From Deltaproteobacteria bacterium TL4 (lineage in GTDB: Bacteria; SAR324; NAC60-12), in NCBI GenBank assembly GCA_051382335.1, contig JBBCAX010000080.1, positions 1 through 28,762 on the forward strand: 28,762 nucleotides of DNA, in the 5' to 3' direction. Shown one piece after another: positions 17,201 to 27,801 of the stretch. The notes beneath the pieces are model-generated. The model saw nothing but the letters and a program-made list of their open reading frames with translations. It did not search any database and was not told where the DNA came from. The first letter of the stretch is position 1. The number at the start of each line of letters is the position of its first letter. Made by a program: the position numbers and the translations under genes.

Positions 17201-18625
17201 GTGACAATGAACATGAAAAAAACAAACAACTTAACCGAAGGTTCCATTCTCAAATCCTTGGTAACCTTATCCGTACCCATCATCTTCGCAAATATCTTGC
17301 AGACCGCCTATCAATTAACAGATACCTTTTGGGTTGGGAGACTCGGAACCTCTGCCGTCGCGGCGATTTCCCTCAGTTTTCCAATCACGGTGCTGATCAT
17401 TTCCCTGGGGGGCGGGTTGACCATCGCTGGCACCATTTTTGTCGCGCAGTATAAGGGAAAGGATGACAGAAAGACGATCAATCATATCACGTCCCAGACC
17501 ATCGTAATGGCTGTATTTATTTCCTTCATGCTTACCATTATTGGCTACGGGTTTTCTCCCTTTTTCACAGGTTTAATGGGTGCGGAACCCCATGTTTTTT
17601 CGATGGCGGTTTCCTACATGAGAATTACTTTTATTGGCATGACTTTCACGTTTACCTATATGGTTTTTCAATCATTAATGCGAGGTGTCGGTGATGTGAA
17701 GACGCCGATGTATATTGTTTTTGGAACAGTTTTATTAAATTTAATTTTAGATCCCTTGTTTATTTTTGGTTACGGATTTATTCCCGCCCTTGGTGTGCCC
17801 GGAGCGGCCATTGCCACGATTGGGACACAAGGGGTCTCCTCTCTAATTGGCTTAGTCATCTTGATCAGGGGAAAACATCAATTACAATTACATTTAAATG
17901 ATTTAAAACCGGATCTCCCGTTGATAAAAAAAATGTTCAAGATAGGATATCCGGCTTCTATTGAACAATCGACAAGAGCTCTTGGCATGGCCATTATGAC
18001 GGTTCTGGTCGGGAGGTTTGGCACGCTCGCTTTGGCTGCTTATGGTATTGGCCTCAGGATTTTGATGTTTGTGATCGTGCCTGCCTTGGGATTATCGATG
18101 GCGACTTCAACACTGGTAGGACAAAATATAGGTGCAGGCAAAATGAATCGCGCAGAAGAAATCGCAAAATTAAGCGCACTCTTTGGTTTTATTCTTTTAA
18201 CAATAGTTGGCCTGATCACGTTCTTATTGGCAGAGCAACTCTCCGCGTTTTTTATTCCCGGAGAATTAGAAACCATCCAAGCCAGCGCTTTATACATCAA
18301 GATCATGTCTTTAAGTTTTGGATTTATAGGGATGCAAATGGCGTTGAACGGTGCTTTTATGGGATCGGGAAGTACCCTGATTTCCATGGTGTTGTCCGTT
18401 TTTTCATTATGGGTCTTGAGATTTCCTTTGGCTTACTTTCTTTCAATGCATACGCCTTTGGCTGAAGTCGGCCTTTGGATGGCCTTTCCCATCGCCAATA
18501 TTATCGCGGCAATCATCTCCGTCAGTTGGTTTGCGAAAGGAACATGGAAAAAACAGAAAATTACAGAAGGAACAATGCTCATCAGCGAGACAACCAAAGA
18601 AACGATTATAGAGGAAGGGATCTAG
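17201..18625 (+). CDS. MATE family efflux transporter
   Basis: LTEGSI..., DTFWVGRLG, RGVGDVKTPM, NLILDPLFIFG and VGQNIGAG; about 12 TMs. The start may be ATG 17207 or 17213. Confidence 0.95.
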   Translation: MTMNMKKTNNLTEGSILKSLVTLSVPIIFANILQTAYQLTDTFWVGRLGTSAVAAISLSFPITVLIISLGGGLTIAGTIFVAQYKGKDDRKTINHITSQTIVMAVFISFMLTIIGYGFSPFFTGLMGAEPHVFSMAVSYMRITFIGMTFTFTYMVFQSLMRGVGDVKTPMYIVFGTVLLNLILDPLFIFGYGFIPALGVPGAAIATIGTQGVSSLIGLVILIRGKHQLQLHLNDLKPDLPLIKKMFKIGYPASIEQSTRALGMAIMTVLVGRFGTLALAAYGIGLRILMFVIVPALGLSMATSTLVGQNIGAGKMNRAEEIAKLSALFGFILLTIVGLITFLLAEQLSAFFIPGELETIQASALYIKIMSLSFGFIGMQMALNGAFMGSGSTLISMVLSVFSLWVLRFPLAYFLSMHTPLAEVGLWMAFPIANIIAAIISVSWFAKGTWKKQKITEGTMLISETTKETIIEEGI

Positions 18626-18729
18626 CTGGCAGAAATTTTAACGTGCGGCGGCCCTTTGAGTCACCGCAAGGTTTCCGGAGGAAAAAAGTTGGAACTTGGT
18701 TGAAGGTCCAACTTTTCTCAGAGAGTGTG

Positions 18730-19020
18730 TTATTTTTTGGGTTGGCTTTTGGGTTGACTTTTGGGTTGGATTTTATTCAGTATTTCTTCTGCCAATTCGC
18801 CAGCTTTTTGGTTTATAGCGCGAATCGTCTCATAAATCGTACCAATGGTTTGATCATGAATTTCTCTTGCTTGACCGACTTGTGTCTGAATCGGACCAAT
18901 TTTAGCTAACATATCAAAAGGCATGCCTGCGATTTTTTTGTGAACTTCTTCAACTGTGGTCGCACCTTTATCAATCGCTTCTTGAACCAAATCCTTGAGT
19001 TCTCTAATTTCAACAGCCAT
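18730..19020 (-). CDS. Small helical hypothetical protein (96 aa) with QPKS repeat tail
   Basis: ATG 19020 with a GGAGA RBS; MAVEIRELKDLVQEAIDKGATTVEEVHK... Confidence 0.8.
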   Translation of the reverse strand: MAVEIRELKDLVQEAIDKGATTVEEVHKKIAGMPFDMLAKIGPIQTQVGQAREIHDQTIGTIYETIRAINQKAGELAEEILNKIQPKSQPKSQPKK

Positions 19021-19423
19021 AATCTTTCTCCGTAAAAAGAAAATTTGAGTTAGAAGTCCAGTGACTTCAGAATTATATAAAAGAGAGTTCCTGATGTTTT
19101 TACCCTCCTCTCCCGATCTATACAAGGATAACGCGCAATTGCCAACAATAATCATCAGATTGTTAACATTTTTTCTATCGGGGCCTGAACGTAGGGGAAC
19201 CCTAATCCAGACGGCTCTTGTCAAAAAAGCTCAGTCCTCATGAAATTTATGTTTTGAGAACGGGTTATTTTTGTTATGAAGGATTCAGAAACTATTGGTT
19301 TTATGGGCATGAACCAGTGCGATTGATAACTCCCGAGTAAAAAAATATCAGTAAAAGGGAGACACCATGTATGAATGATACTATAATGAAGTAAAGACAG
19401 CATATTGAAATTCACCTCCATTC

Positions 19424-22400
19424 ATGAATAGGAAAAAGCCAATGATTCCGCGTTTAAATCTTTCAGAACCTACCCAGCAAATCTATGCAAACTTTATCAA
19501 ACATTTAAAGCATCGTCCGTTTTCTGGAGAAATCAAGGTCGATTATGGGACACGTTTGCTGGCAGCAACAGACAACAGTATTTATCAAATTCTGCCTGAA
19601 GTGGTGCTCTATCCTAAAAACAGGGATGATATCATGGAACTGCTATGTTTGGCCAATATGGAGGCCTATCAAAAAATCACCTTCTCTCCGAGAGGCGGGG
19701 GAACAGGAACGAATGGACAGTCCTTATCCACCGGAATTATTGTGGACTGTTCCAAGTACATGAACCGAATTTTAGAAATAAACGTGAAGGAAGGCTGGGT
19801 GCGCGTTGAGCCTGGTGTGGTTTTAGACCAGTTGAATGATGAACTAAAACGCCATGGTGTCTTTTTCGCTCCCAATTTGTCTCCCAGTAACCGGGCAACC
19901 TTGGGAGGGATGATCAACACCGATGCGTGTGGACAGGGATCCCGTGTTTATGGAAAAACCAGCAATCATATCCTTCAACTTTCCTGTGTCCTGGCGAATG
20001 GCGATTTTTGGGAATCAAAACCTCTTGAGAAAAGTGAGCTTAAAGCACTCAAAAAAAGACACGACAGAGTGGGTCAGATCCACAGACAAGTCGATGAGAT
20101 TGTTACTAAAAAAAAGTCGTTGATTAAAAAGACCTTCCCCCAAATGAGTCGGTTTATGACAGGGTATAACTTGGCAAAAGTGTATGAAACCCCTGGTCAG
20201 TTCAATCTGAACTATATTCTGTCCGGATCCGAAGGAACCCTTGCTTTTGTCACAGAAGCCCGTCTGAAACTCACTCCCCTGCCCCAATATAAACAACTGG
20301 TCGTTGTGAAGTATGACTCCTTTGAGGACGCACTCCAGGCGGCAGAAGTGTTGGTGGAAACGGATCCGACTGCGATTGAAACGATTGATGAGCATATTTT
20401 GGACTTAGCCAAAGGTGATGAAATCTACCCCAAAGTCAAAAAATGGATACAAGCCGAAGGGGAAAAACCCCCACGTGCGATTAATTTGGTTGAATTTTCA
20501 GGAAATGAGGCCCGGCTCATAAATCAGCAAGTTCAGACCCTCTGCCAATCCCTTGAAACGAATAAAGCGTTTCCCAAACAGGCGATAGGGTATTCTTTAG
20601 CACAGAAACCGGAGGATATCACCGCTCTTTGGGAATTAAGAAAAAAGGGAGTAGGTCTTTTGGGAAATACTCAGGGAAATCGAAAACCCCTTCCCTTTGT
20701 TGAAGATACGGCAGTCCCCCCCAAACATTTAGCCGCCTATATTCAGGAGTTTCGCACGTTATTGGACGGCTATGGCCTGGAATATGGAATGTTTGGACAT
20801 GTTGACGTTGGTTGTCTGCATGTTCGTCCAGCCCTGGATCTCAAAGACCTTAACGATGAAGCCTTGATCAGGGAATTGTCGGATAAGGTGGTTGCTTTGG
20901 TGCTTAAGTACGGAGGCGTGATGTGGGCCGAACATGGAAAAGGATTCCGGAGTGAGTATACTCCCCAATTTTTTGGAAAGGAACTCTATCAGGATTTACG
21001 TCGAATTAAAGAAGCTTTTGATCCCGCTAATAAATTAAATCCCGGGAAAATTGCTTCGCCTTTTTCCATGCAAGATCTGGTGGTTTCTCTCGAATCTCCC
21101 TTACGGGGTCATTTTGATCGCCAAATTCTTTCTGGCTTGCAAAAATCTTATCACACCGCACTCAATTGCAATGGCAATGGTGCCTGTTTTGATTATCACC
21201 CCAACACCGTCATGTGTCCTTCCTCAAAAATAACCAGAGATCGGCTTCACTCTCCTAAAGGACGGGCGGGAATGCTCCGGGAATGGGTACGGCAACTGTC
21301 CCTGGCCTCTCAGAGTCCGCTGGTGAACAAACGCTGGAAGATCACGCAAGGGTTCTTTAAAATTGGCAATAATTTAGGTAAACGCAGAGGGGTTTATGAT
21401 TTTTCCAATGAAGTCTATGAGGCGATGATGGGGTGTTTGGCGTGCAAAGCCTGTGCGGCTCAGTGCCCCATTCATGTGGATGTTCCCGATTTTAGAGCAC
21501 GTTTTTTAGAACGGTATCACACTCGTTACTTGCGTCCCTTGAAAGACTATTTTGTCGCAACGGTCGAGCACACCGGCAAGTGGTTTTCCCGTATTCCACG
21601 GATTGCCAATGCCCTCTTAACCTTTCCTTTGACTCAAAGCCTCCTGTCAAAAATAATTGGATTTACGCATGCCCCTTTGTTCAGCCCCTTACCGATGGAG
21701 CAGGGATTGAAAATGCGTGGTGCGACTCGTTTTGATTTCAACCAATTGCGAAATTTATCTCCGCAAGCAAAACAAAATCATGTTTTGCTCCTTCAGGATG
21801 CATTTACCTCTTTTTATGAAACGCATGTGGTTTTTGATGTTTATGATCTCTTGACTCTCTTGGGATATCAAGTCCTGGTGCCGCCTTTTTATCCTAATGG
21901 CAAACCCTCGCACATCAAGGGTTTTATGACGTTGTTTCATAAAATCGCACAGAAAAACGCATCCTGGTTGGAACAGTTGGGGACCTTGGAAATTCCGATG
22001 ATGGGAATTGATCCAAGTGTGGTCTTGACGTATCGGGATGAGTATCCCAAGGTGCTGGGCAAGCCCCTCAATTTTCAGGTTCATTTGCTTCAAGAATGGT
22101 TGCTCACCCAGGAAAAACAAATCCAGCGATTAAAAATCAAAGCACCCTCAGGCTCTTACAAATTGCTGGGACACTGCATGGAGAAAACCGGGGCCTTGGC
22201 CTCTCAGGAACAATGGGTGGCGCTGTTTAAAAATTTTGGAATTCAACTCACACTGCTTCCAGCCGGTTGTTGTGGCATGGCAGGAACGTATGGACACGAA
22301 AGCATTCATGTTCAAGAATCTCAGGGCATTTATGAATTGAGCTGGAAACCTCATATTTCAAACAAAGAAAATTCACGGGCTTATCTTCTGGCTTCCGGCT

Positions 22401-22495
22401 ATTCATGTCGCTCCCAAGTAGCTCGCTTCGAGGGGTTTGCGCCCAAACACCCGTTGCAAGCGTTGTTGAATGAGTTACGGGGATTGAAAGCTTGA
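19424..22495 (+). CDS. ydiJ: FAD- and Fe-S-binding oxidoreductase (YdiJ, D-2-hydroxyglutarate dehydrogenase-like)
   Basis: MIPRL N-terminus, ATDNSIYQ, PRGGGTGTNGQS, GSEGTLAF, FGHVDVGCLHVRP, EHGKG, CNGNGAC, CLACKAC...CP, CCGMAGTYGHE and GYSCRSQV. Confidence 0.92.
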   Translation: MNRKKPMIPRLNLSEPTQQIYANFIKHLKHRPFSGEIKVDYGTRLLAATDNSIYQILPEVVLYPKNRDDIMELLCLANMEAYQKITFSPRGGGTGTNGQSLSTGIIVDCSKYMNRILEINVKEGWVRVEPGVVLDQLNDELKRHGVFFAPNLSPSNRATLGGMINTDACGQGSRVYGKTSNHILQLSCVLANGDFWESKPLEKSELKALKKRHDRVGQIHRQVDEIVTKKKSLIKKTFPQMSRFMTGYNLAKVYETPGQFNLNYILSGSEGTLAFVTEARLKLTPLPQYKQLVVVKYDSFEDALQAAEVLVETDPTAIETIDEHILDLAKGDEIYPKVKKWIQAEGEKPPRAINLVEFSGNEARLINQQVQTLCQSLETNKAFPKQAIGYSLAQKPEDITALWELRKKGVGLLGNTQGNRKPLPFVEDTAVPPKHLAAYIQEFRTLLDGYGLEYGMFGHVDVGCLHVRPALDLKDLNDEALIRELSDKVVALVLKYGGVMWAEHGKGFRSEYTPQFFGKELYQDLRRIKEAFDPANKLNPGKIASPFSMQDLVVSLESPLRGHFDRQILSGLQKSYHTALNCNGNGACFDYHPNTVMCPSSKITRDRLHSPKGRAGMLREWVRQLSLASQSPLVNKRWKITQGFFKIGNNLGKRRGVYDFSNEVYEAMMGCLACKACAAQCPIHVDVPDFRARFLERYHTRYLRPLKDYFVATVEHTGKWFSRIPRIANALLTFPLTQSLLSKIIGFTHAPLFSPLPMEQGLKMRGATRFDFNQLRNLSPQAKQNHVLLLQDAFTSFYETHVVFDVYDLLTLLGYQVLVPPFYPNGKPSHIKGFMTLFHKIAQKNASWLEQLGTLEIPMMGIDPSVVLTYRDEYPKVLGKPLNFQVHLLQEWLLTQEKQIQRLKIKAPSGSYKLLGHCMEKTGALASQEQWVALFKNFGIQLTLLPAGCCGMAGTYGHESIHVQESQGIYELSWKPHISNKENSRAYLLASGYSCRSQVARFEGFAPKHPLQALLNELRGLKA

Positions 22496-22548
22496 CTTAG
22501 AACGTGTTTCGAGGAGCGGTGGGAGGAAAATTGTGGCTGTCCTTTTTG

Positions 22549-23082
22549 TTAAATTTTCCCTAATTTTTTTTCAGATAACGCGGTTAATGTTTTTGCGTTG
22601 TTTTCTACCTGTTTGGGATTGGTTTTTACACTGTTTTCTTGCTTGGCCTTTTGCTCAGCAGCGACACATTCAGCGGCCGCCGCGGCGTGTTCTTCAAATA
22701 ACTGATTGATTTTTTCCGAGAGTTGTTTCGCGTTGAAGGGCTTTAGCATGAACTTGTCAACACCGGCCTTCATGGCTGCTCTGACATTTTCTTCTTTTGC
22801 TTCGGCGGTCACCATGAGGACCGGAATATCTTTTAATTTAGGGGAATGCTTCATGATGGTCACAACCTCGATGCCATGCATCTTCGGCATGTTCCAGTCC
22901 AGGAGAACCAAGCCAAACTTATTATCATCTTGATGTAATTTGAGTTTGGTGATTGCGGCGACTCCATCCTCCGCTTCAGTAAAACGCGTAAATCCGATGT
23001 CACGTAAAAGTTTGATCATAATCCGCCTCATCTGAGCAAAATCGTCAACGACTAACACATGCATATTGAGATCTACCGGCAT
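22549..23082 (-). CDS. CheY-like single-domain response regulator with C-terminal extension
   Basis: VLVVDDF, LDWNMP, PVLMVTAEA and LKPF, plus a tail of about 45 aa. Confidence 0.9.
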   Translation of the reverse strand: MPVDLNMHVLVVDDFAQMRRIMIKLLRDIGFTRFTEAEDGVAAITKLKLHQDDNKFGLVLLDWNMPKMHGIEVVTIMKHSPKLKDIPVLMVTAEAKEENVRAAMKAGVDKFMLKPFNAKQLSEKINQLFEEHAAAAAECVAAEQKAKQENSVKTNPKQVENNAKTLTALSEKKLGKI

Positions 23083-23156
23083 ATTCTCTACTCAACAAGG
23101 AAGTTAAGAAATGATTTCGTTTGATTTAACACTAATAAAACAAGAGAACCGACTCT

Positions 23157-24623
23157 TTACCTGGACCTGGTATTAATAGACACGCAATGAGGAAGAGCGA
23201 TGACGAATTTTACCCCTTGCCCATTTCCAAGATTCTCCGCATTGATGGTTCCCTGATGCGCTTCAACAATTTTTTTACAGATGGCCAAACCCAACCCTGT
23301 CCCGGTTTCTTTACCTTGTGATTTAAATGACTGAAACAAGCGGGGTGCTAAATCTTCGGGGATGGGACTGCCATTATCTTGAACCTGAATGATCAGACCG
23401 TCGCCCTCGTAAGAGTCAAAGCTGATATCAATGCAGCCATTATCTTCATCTTCCAATTTTTCCCATGCGTTCTTTACAAGGTTGACAATCACCCTGAGCA
23501 ATTTGCCGCCATCAGCGCAAAATTGAAGATGGGGATTGGTGGTTTGAAACTCAATCGGAACATCTGCGGCAAATCCGGTATGGGCTTCCAACTGTGAGAT
23601 AAAGGAATCCAAATGTTGAACCTCTTTTCTTAATACCGTCTTACCTTTGGCAAATTCCAATAAATCGCTGGTTAAGCCGCTGATGGCAACCGAGGAAATT
23701 TTGATTCGACGAATGAATATTAAAGACCGGGCAACATCCATCATATCGACTCGATCTTTGTCAAGTACCTGAAGGATCAACGTGATATAGGTCATGATTG
23801 AGCCGTTGGCATTACCAATGTCATGCCCAAACTCCGCCAACGCATAGCCTAATTCTACCAATCGCTGTTCCTGTTCCTTCGCCAATTCAAGGTCATGAAT
23901 CGTTTTTTCAAGCTGAGCTTTAGACTCTTCCAATTCCCGAACTTTAGTTGCCAACTGATCTTGGGTTGATTGAAACTTTATCCATAATTCTCGTAAAATG
24001 GCAACTCGTCGTTCAAGATCGGTTTGATATTTCTGCGTTTCGGGTAACCGAATATCGGTCGTTTCATGCTCACGCCGATAACGGGTAAACTGCTGACACA
24101 ATTCATCAATGGGAAGTGTCAGTTTACGAGTTTTAAGCCACATCAAAAAAGATAACACAAACGCTGTAATCCCTGCACTGAAAACAGCTCGTGTCACGTA
24201 GGGGTTAGTTACTGATTTCTCCGGTATAGAACGGGTCGCCACCAATAACCCTTTGACTCGGTTAATTCCTACGGGAATAGTCAGATGAACTTCCGACTCA
24301 TTAACCCATTCAAAAAACTTATGTTGAAATTGAGGGGGTTTCGTTCCTGTTTTGACCAGTTTTACCTGCCAATCCAAATAGAGCAGATGAAATGGCCCAT
24401 GAGCTTCTTGATCGATCAATTGTTGAATTTCCCCATTCTTGACAGACTCTGGCTGCTCGAGAAGCGTCCCTACCTTCTGGGCTAAAACGTTAAGCTGTTC
24501 CAAATCTGTAATGGGGATATGCGCAACATCTACCTGTTTTTTAAACCAATCTTCCGAAACAAAGAAAAAAATGAAGAATACAAGAAATGTTACAACCAAC
24601 CAGCGAATAATGTGCAATGACAT
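23157..24623 (-). CDS. Membrane sensor histidine kinase
   Basis: Two TMs, a coiled coil, H-box FGHDIGN, NLVKNA, DNGSPI and GTGLGLAI. Confidence 0.92.
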   Translation of the reverse strand: MSLHIIRWLVVTFLVFFIFFFVSEDWFKKQVDVAHIPITDLEQLNVLAQKVGTLLEQPESVKNGEIQQLIDQEAHGPFHLLYLDWQVKLVKTGTKPPQFQHKFFEWVNESEVHLTIPVGINRVKGLLVATRSIPEKSVTNPYVTRAVFSAGITAFVLSFLMWLKTRKLTLPIDELCQQFTRYRREHETTDIRLPETQKYQTDLERRVAILRELWIKFQSTQDQLATKVRELEESKAQLEKTIHDLELAKEQEQRLVELGYALAEFGHDIGNANGSIMTYITLILQVLDKDRVDMMDVARSLIFIRRIKISSVAISGLTSDLLEFAKGKTVLRKEVQHLDSFISQLEAHTGFAADVPIEFQTTNPHLQFCADGGKLLRVIVNLVKNAWEKLEDEDNGCIDISFDSYEGDGLIIQVQDNGSPIPEDLAPRLFQSFKSQGKETGTGLGLAICKKIVEAHQGTINAENLGNGQGVKFVIALPHCVSINTRSR

Positions 24624-24896
24624 GCTTGTTTATCTCTTATCTGCTATTAGGATGCTTATTGGAATGAATTTGTGTATTTGTATGATTCCCTACATCGAAC
24701 AGCAAAATTATTCAAGTACCTCCTTTAAAAAACGTACAATATTTTAATATCATCATATGTTGATGCAAGGATTAAGGTTGCATTTTTGGATAAAAGCTGT
24801 AAGTCTTGGGCGGAATTGATGCGGGTCTTTAAGAGTTAAAAACGGGTGTTTTTTTCAAAAGGCCAGGGATGATTAACAACACATAAGGGAAACGCT

Positions 24897-26192
24897 ATGC
24901 CAGATTATAAAGTTGCGGATATTTCTTTAGCGGAATTAGGCAGGAAAAAAATTACGATTGCTGAATCAGAAATGCCAGGCTTGATGTCGGTACGTGAAGA
25001 ATACAAGAGTCAACAACCATTAAAAGGTGCGAGGATTACAGGCTCGTTACACATGACCATCGAAACAGCCGTACTGATTGAGACACTGATTGCTTTAGGC
25101 GCGGAAGTCCGTTGGAGTTCCTGTAATATTTTTTCAACTCAGGATGATGCTGCCGCAGCGATTGCCGCGACAGGCGTTCCTGTGTTTGCCTGGAAAGGGG
25201 AAAACGAAGCTGAATATTGGTGGTGCATCGATCAGACTTTGAACTGGCCCGATGGTCAAGGACCGAACATGCTTTTAGATGATGGAGCGGATCTTTCCGT
25301 CTATGTTCATGAGAAATATCCAAAGTTGTTGAAAAAAATCATAGGTGGCTCTGAAGAAACAACCACCGGAATCCATCGTTTAGAGCGAATGCTCCAGAAT
25401 GGAAAGCTCAAAATTCCAACTTTTAACGTTAATGATTCCGTCACCAAGAGTAAGTTTGATAACCTTTATGGTTGTCGAGAGTCCCTGCTTGACGGGATCA
25501 AACGTGCGACAGACGTGATGATTGCGGGAAAAGTGGGGATTGTCGCAGGATATGGAGATGTTGGAAAAGGCTGTGCTCAATCACTCCGTGGTCAAGGCGC
25601 CCGCGTTATTATAACGGAGATTGACCCCATTTGCGCCTTACAAGCCGCGATGGAAGGATTTCAGGTCATGAAGATGGATGATGCGGCAAAAATAGGCGAT
25701 ATTTTCGTTACAACAACGGGAAATCGTGACATCATCCGCAGAGAGCACCTGGATGCTATGAAAAGTGAGGCGATTGTTTGTAACATCGGGCATTTTGACC
25801 TGGAGATTAATGTTGCCTCTCTCAATAATGACCGCAAGATCACCAAAATCAATATCAAACCTCAAGTCGATCAATATGTTTGGCCAAACGGAAAACGATT
25901 GATTGTGCTGGCCGAAGGACGCTTGGTTAATTTAGGTTGTGCGACAGGACATCCCGCTTTTGTCATGTCCAACAGTTTTACCAATCAGGTGATGGCCCAG
26001 ATTGAATTATACACCAATCCCGGAAAATACAAGGTCGGCATCTATATGTTACCTAAAATATTGGATGAGAAAGTAGCACGACTGCACCTGAAGAAAATCG
26101 GTGTTGCGCTGGATGTTCTTTCCCCAGAGCAAGCGGAATACATCAATGTCCCCGTTGAAGGTCCCTATAAACCTTCGCACTATCGTTACTAA
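24897..26192 (+). CDS. ahcY: Adenosylhomocysteinase
   Basis: [66 protein letters not shown] and C-terminal HYRY. Confidence 0.98.
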   Translation: MPDYKVADISLAELGRKKITIAESEMPGLMSVREEYKSQQPLKGARITGSLHMTIETAVLIETLIALGAEVRWSSCNIFSTQDDAAAAIAATGVPVFAWKGENEAEYWWCIDQTLNWPDGQGPNMLLDDGADLSVYVHEKYPKLLKKIIGGSEETTTGIHRLERMLQNGKLKIPTFNVNDSVTKSKFDNLYGCRESLLDGIKRATDVMIAGKVGIVAGYGDVGKGCAQSLRGQGARVIITEIDPICALQAAMEGFQVMKMDDAAKIGDIFVTTTGNRDIIRREHLDAMKSEAIVCNIGHFDLEINVASLNNDRKITKINIKPQVDQYVWPNGKRLIVLAEGRLVNLGCATGHPAFVMSNSFTNQVMAQIELYTNPGKYKVGIYMLPKILDEKVARLHLKKIGVALDVLSPEQAEYINVPVEGPYKPSHYRY

Positions 26193-26207
26193 GGTCCTGA
26201 AACCCTG

Positions 26208-26261
26208 TGAATTTCCTTGCTCTTTGCGGAATGTTTTTTCCGCAAAAGAGCCAGGAACTCA
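26208..26261 (+). terminator. Long imperfect hairpin downstream of ahcY (terminator or stabiliser)
   Basis: TTCCTTGCTCTTTGCGGAA-TGTTT-TTCCGCAAAAGAGCCAGGAA. Confidence 0.55.
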
Positions 26262-26299
26262 GGTTTTGAGAAGATCCACATCACATAAGCAAGGGAACG

Positions 26300-27157
26300 A
26301 TGACTCAGGCTACCTGGATTCGAATGGGAGTGGTACTCCACTTATTGTTTGGGATGGGGTGCACCCCTCCTCCTGTCCCATTTCAACAAGCTCAAATATT
26401 TCCTGAGGATCAAGTGGAAGCTCCTAATCCTCCATCTCCCGAGGAGCTCATCCCTCCTCGAGACGTGATCGCGTTCAGTCCAGTGCGAACTCATGCGAAA
26501 CTCACCCGTTATCACGAAGCCCTAAGTCTGGCTTTTACGCAGTCTGCCTTGGAAGAAGTTGGTAATTTACAGATTACGCCTGAACAGCGGGTAACGCGAA
26601 CTTTGGAATTTTCAGAATTTCTTAATTTCAACCCTGACTCTGTGGAAGCTGCCGTAAATCTGGGAAAACATTTAAATGTCAAGTACATTGCCATGTTAAG
26701 CCTCACCCCTAGTGCTTCAAAAGTGGGGAAGGGCGATTGGGCGGCTTTTGTTTATTTCCGTGTTTATCAGATCGCCCCCCAGCGTGCGGTGATGGAGGAA
26801 TCCTTTGACTTCGCGCTTTCACGTTCGCGAGAAGTGTGGAAGAGCTTTAAAAATAAAGTTCAGGCCTCATTTCCTGTTCGTGGTTTTATCCTGGAATCGC
26901 GCAATCGACATGCGTATGTACGTATCAGTTTGGGAAAAAAATATGGCATTGACCCCCAAAGAAGTTTTGGTATTTTCAGAAGAATCATTGAGGCTAAACC
27001 CCTTCCAGACGGAAGTACGCTGCATTCAGAATCCTATCAACGGATAGGGCAAATGCAAGTCCAAGAAGTTTACGAAGAAGAGTCCTGGGGGGTTGTTGCC
27101 CCTCAAGATCAATCCAGAATTTTGAAAGGGGATGTCGTATTCACTAACCCTGAATAA
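26300..27157 (+). CDS. Hypothetical lipoprotein (possible CsgG/FlgT-like architecture)
   Basis: Lipobox GMGC, Pro-rich linker, 'AAVNLGKHLNVKYI' and a C-terminal 'VRISLGKKYGI...KGDVV' module; AAGGGA RBS. Confidence 0.7.
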   Translation: MTQATWIRMGVVLHLLFGMGCTPPPVPFQQAQIFPEDQVEAPNPPSPEELIPPRDVIAFSPVRTHAKLTRYHEALSLAFTQSALEEVGNLQITPEQRVTRTLEFSEFLNFNPDSVEAAVNLGKHLNVKYIAMLSLTPSASKVGKGDWAAFVYFRVYQIAPQRAVMEESFDFALSRSREVWKSFKNKVQASFPVRGFILESRNRHAYVRISLGKKYGIDPQRSFGIFRRIIEAKPLPDGSTLHSESYQRIGQMQVQEVYEEESWGVVAPQDQSRILKGDVVFTNPE

Positions 27158-27176
27158 CGGAGTCACGTCGTTTCCA

Positions 27177-27743
27177 ATGGAAAATAAACACGCCCTTCGA
27201 CAGCAGGTTCTGAAGCGAAGACGTCATTGTTCTGAAGAACAATGGACAGAAATTTCACGTCAAATTTTTTCAAGATTGCTTCAATGGCCTCTATTTGTGC
27301 AGGCACATTGTGTCCATACTTACCTGAACATGCCGGATGAGCCGTCCACGCGAGCTATTATCGAGTATTGTTGGCAGCAAAACAAAAGAGTGATTGTTCC
27401 CTATGTCAAGAATCAGGGGCAACTGGGACACACTGGTCTCAGCAGTTTTGCTCAACTCACCTCCGGAGCCTTCGGAATCGCAGAACCTCATGCCCATAAT
27501 CGCCAGGAGGTTGAGCTTACAGCGTGCGATTTGATTCTTGTGCCAGGCGTTGCTTTTGATCGGCAAGGGGGGCGGCTTGGACTGGGAAAAGGCTTTTATG
27601 ATCGTTTCCTTGTCACAACCTCCGCTTTTCGCTTGGGACTCTCCGCGGATTTTCAGCTTGTTGAAAACGTTCCCGTAGGTCCCCGGGATGTGACCATGCA
27701 TGCGGTTCTGACCGAAAAGCAATTTCTTTTTTGCCTTCCCTGA
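27177..27743 (+). CDS. 5-formyltetrahydrofolate cyclo-ligase
   Basis: K..LR N-terminus, FGIAEP and DLILVPGVAFDRQGGRLGLGKGFYDRFL. Confidence 0.95.
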   Translation: MENKHALRQQVLKRRRHCSEEQWTEISRQIFSRLLQWPLFVQAHCVHTYLNMPDEPSTRAIIEYCWQQNKRVIVPYVKNQGQLGHTGLSSFAQLTSGAFGIAEPHAHNRQEVELTACDLILVPGVAFDRQGGRLGLGKGFYDRFLVTTSAFRLGLSADFQLVENVPVGPRDVTMHAVLTEKQFLFCLP

Positions 27744-27801
27744 AACCACGGATTCATTCCTTAGGAACGCTCAAAAAATAACATAGGAACTTCTCAGTTT
27801 T

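Noticed and set aside
18734..18770. 12-bp tandem repeat; likewise CAGCAA repeats near 10517-10537
   Set aside because: These are in-frame low-complexity coding repeats (QPKS tail and poly-Leu anchor).
19127..19146. Sigma-54 promoter for the 96-aa gene (minus-strand TTGGCAATTGCG)
   Set aside because: The -24/-12 spacing is wrong.
24624..24896. SAH or SAM riboswitch upstream of ahcY
   Set aside because: No recognisable conserved core; the region looks like an AT-rich divergent promoter.
27158..27176. 6S RNA, which often precedes 5-formyl-THF cyclo-ligase
   Set aside because: The gap is only 19 nt.
12941..27749. Numerous 60-150 aa ORFs antisense to or nested in the long genes
   Set aside because: They are shadow ORFs of well-supported CDSs and have no motifs of their own.
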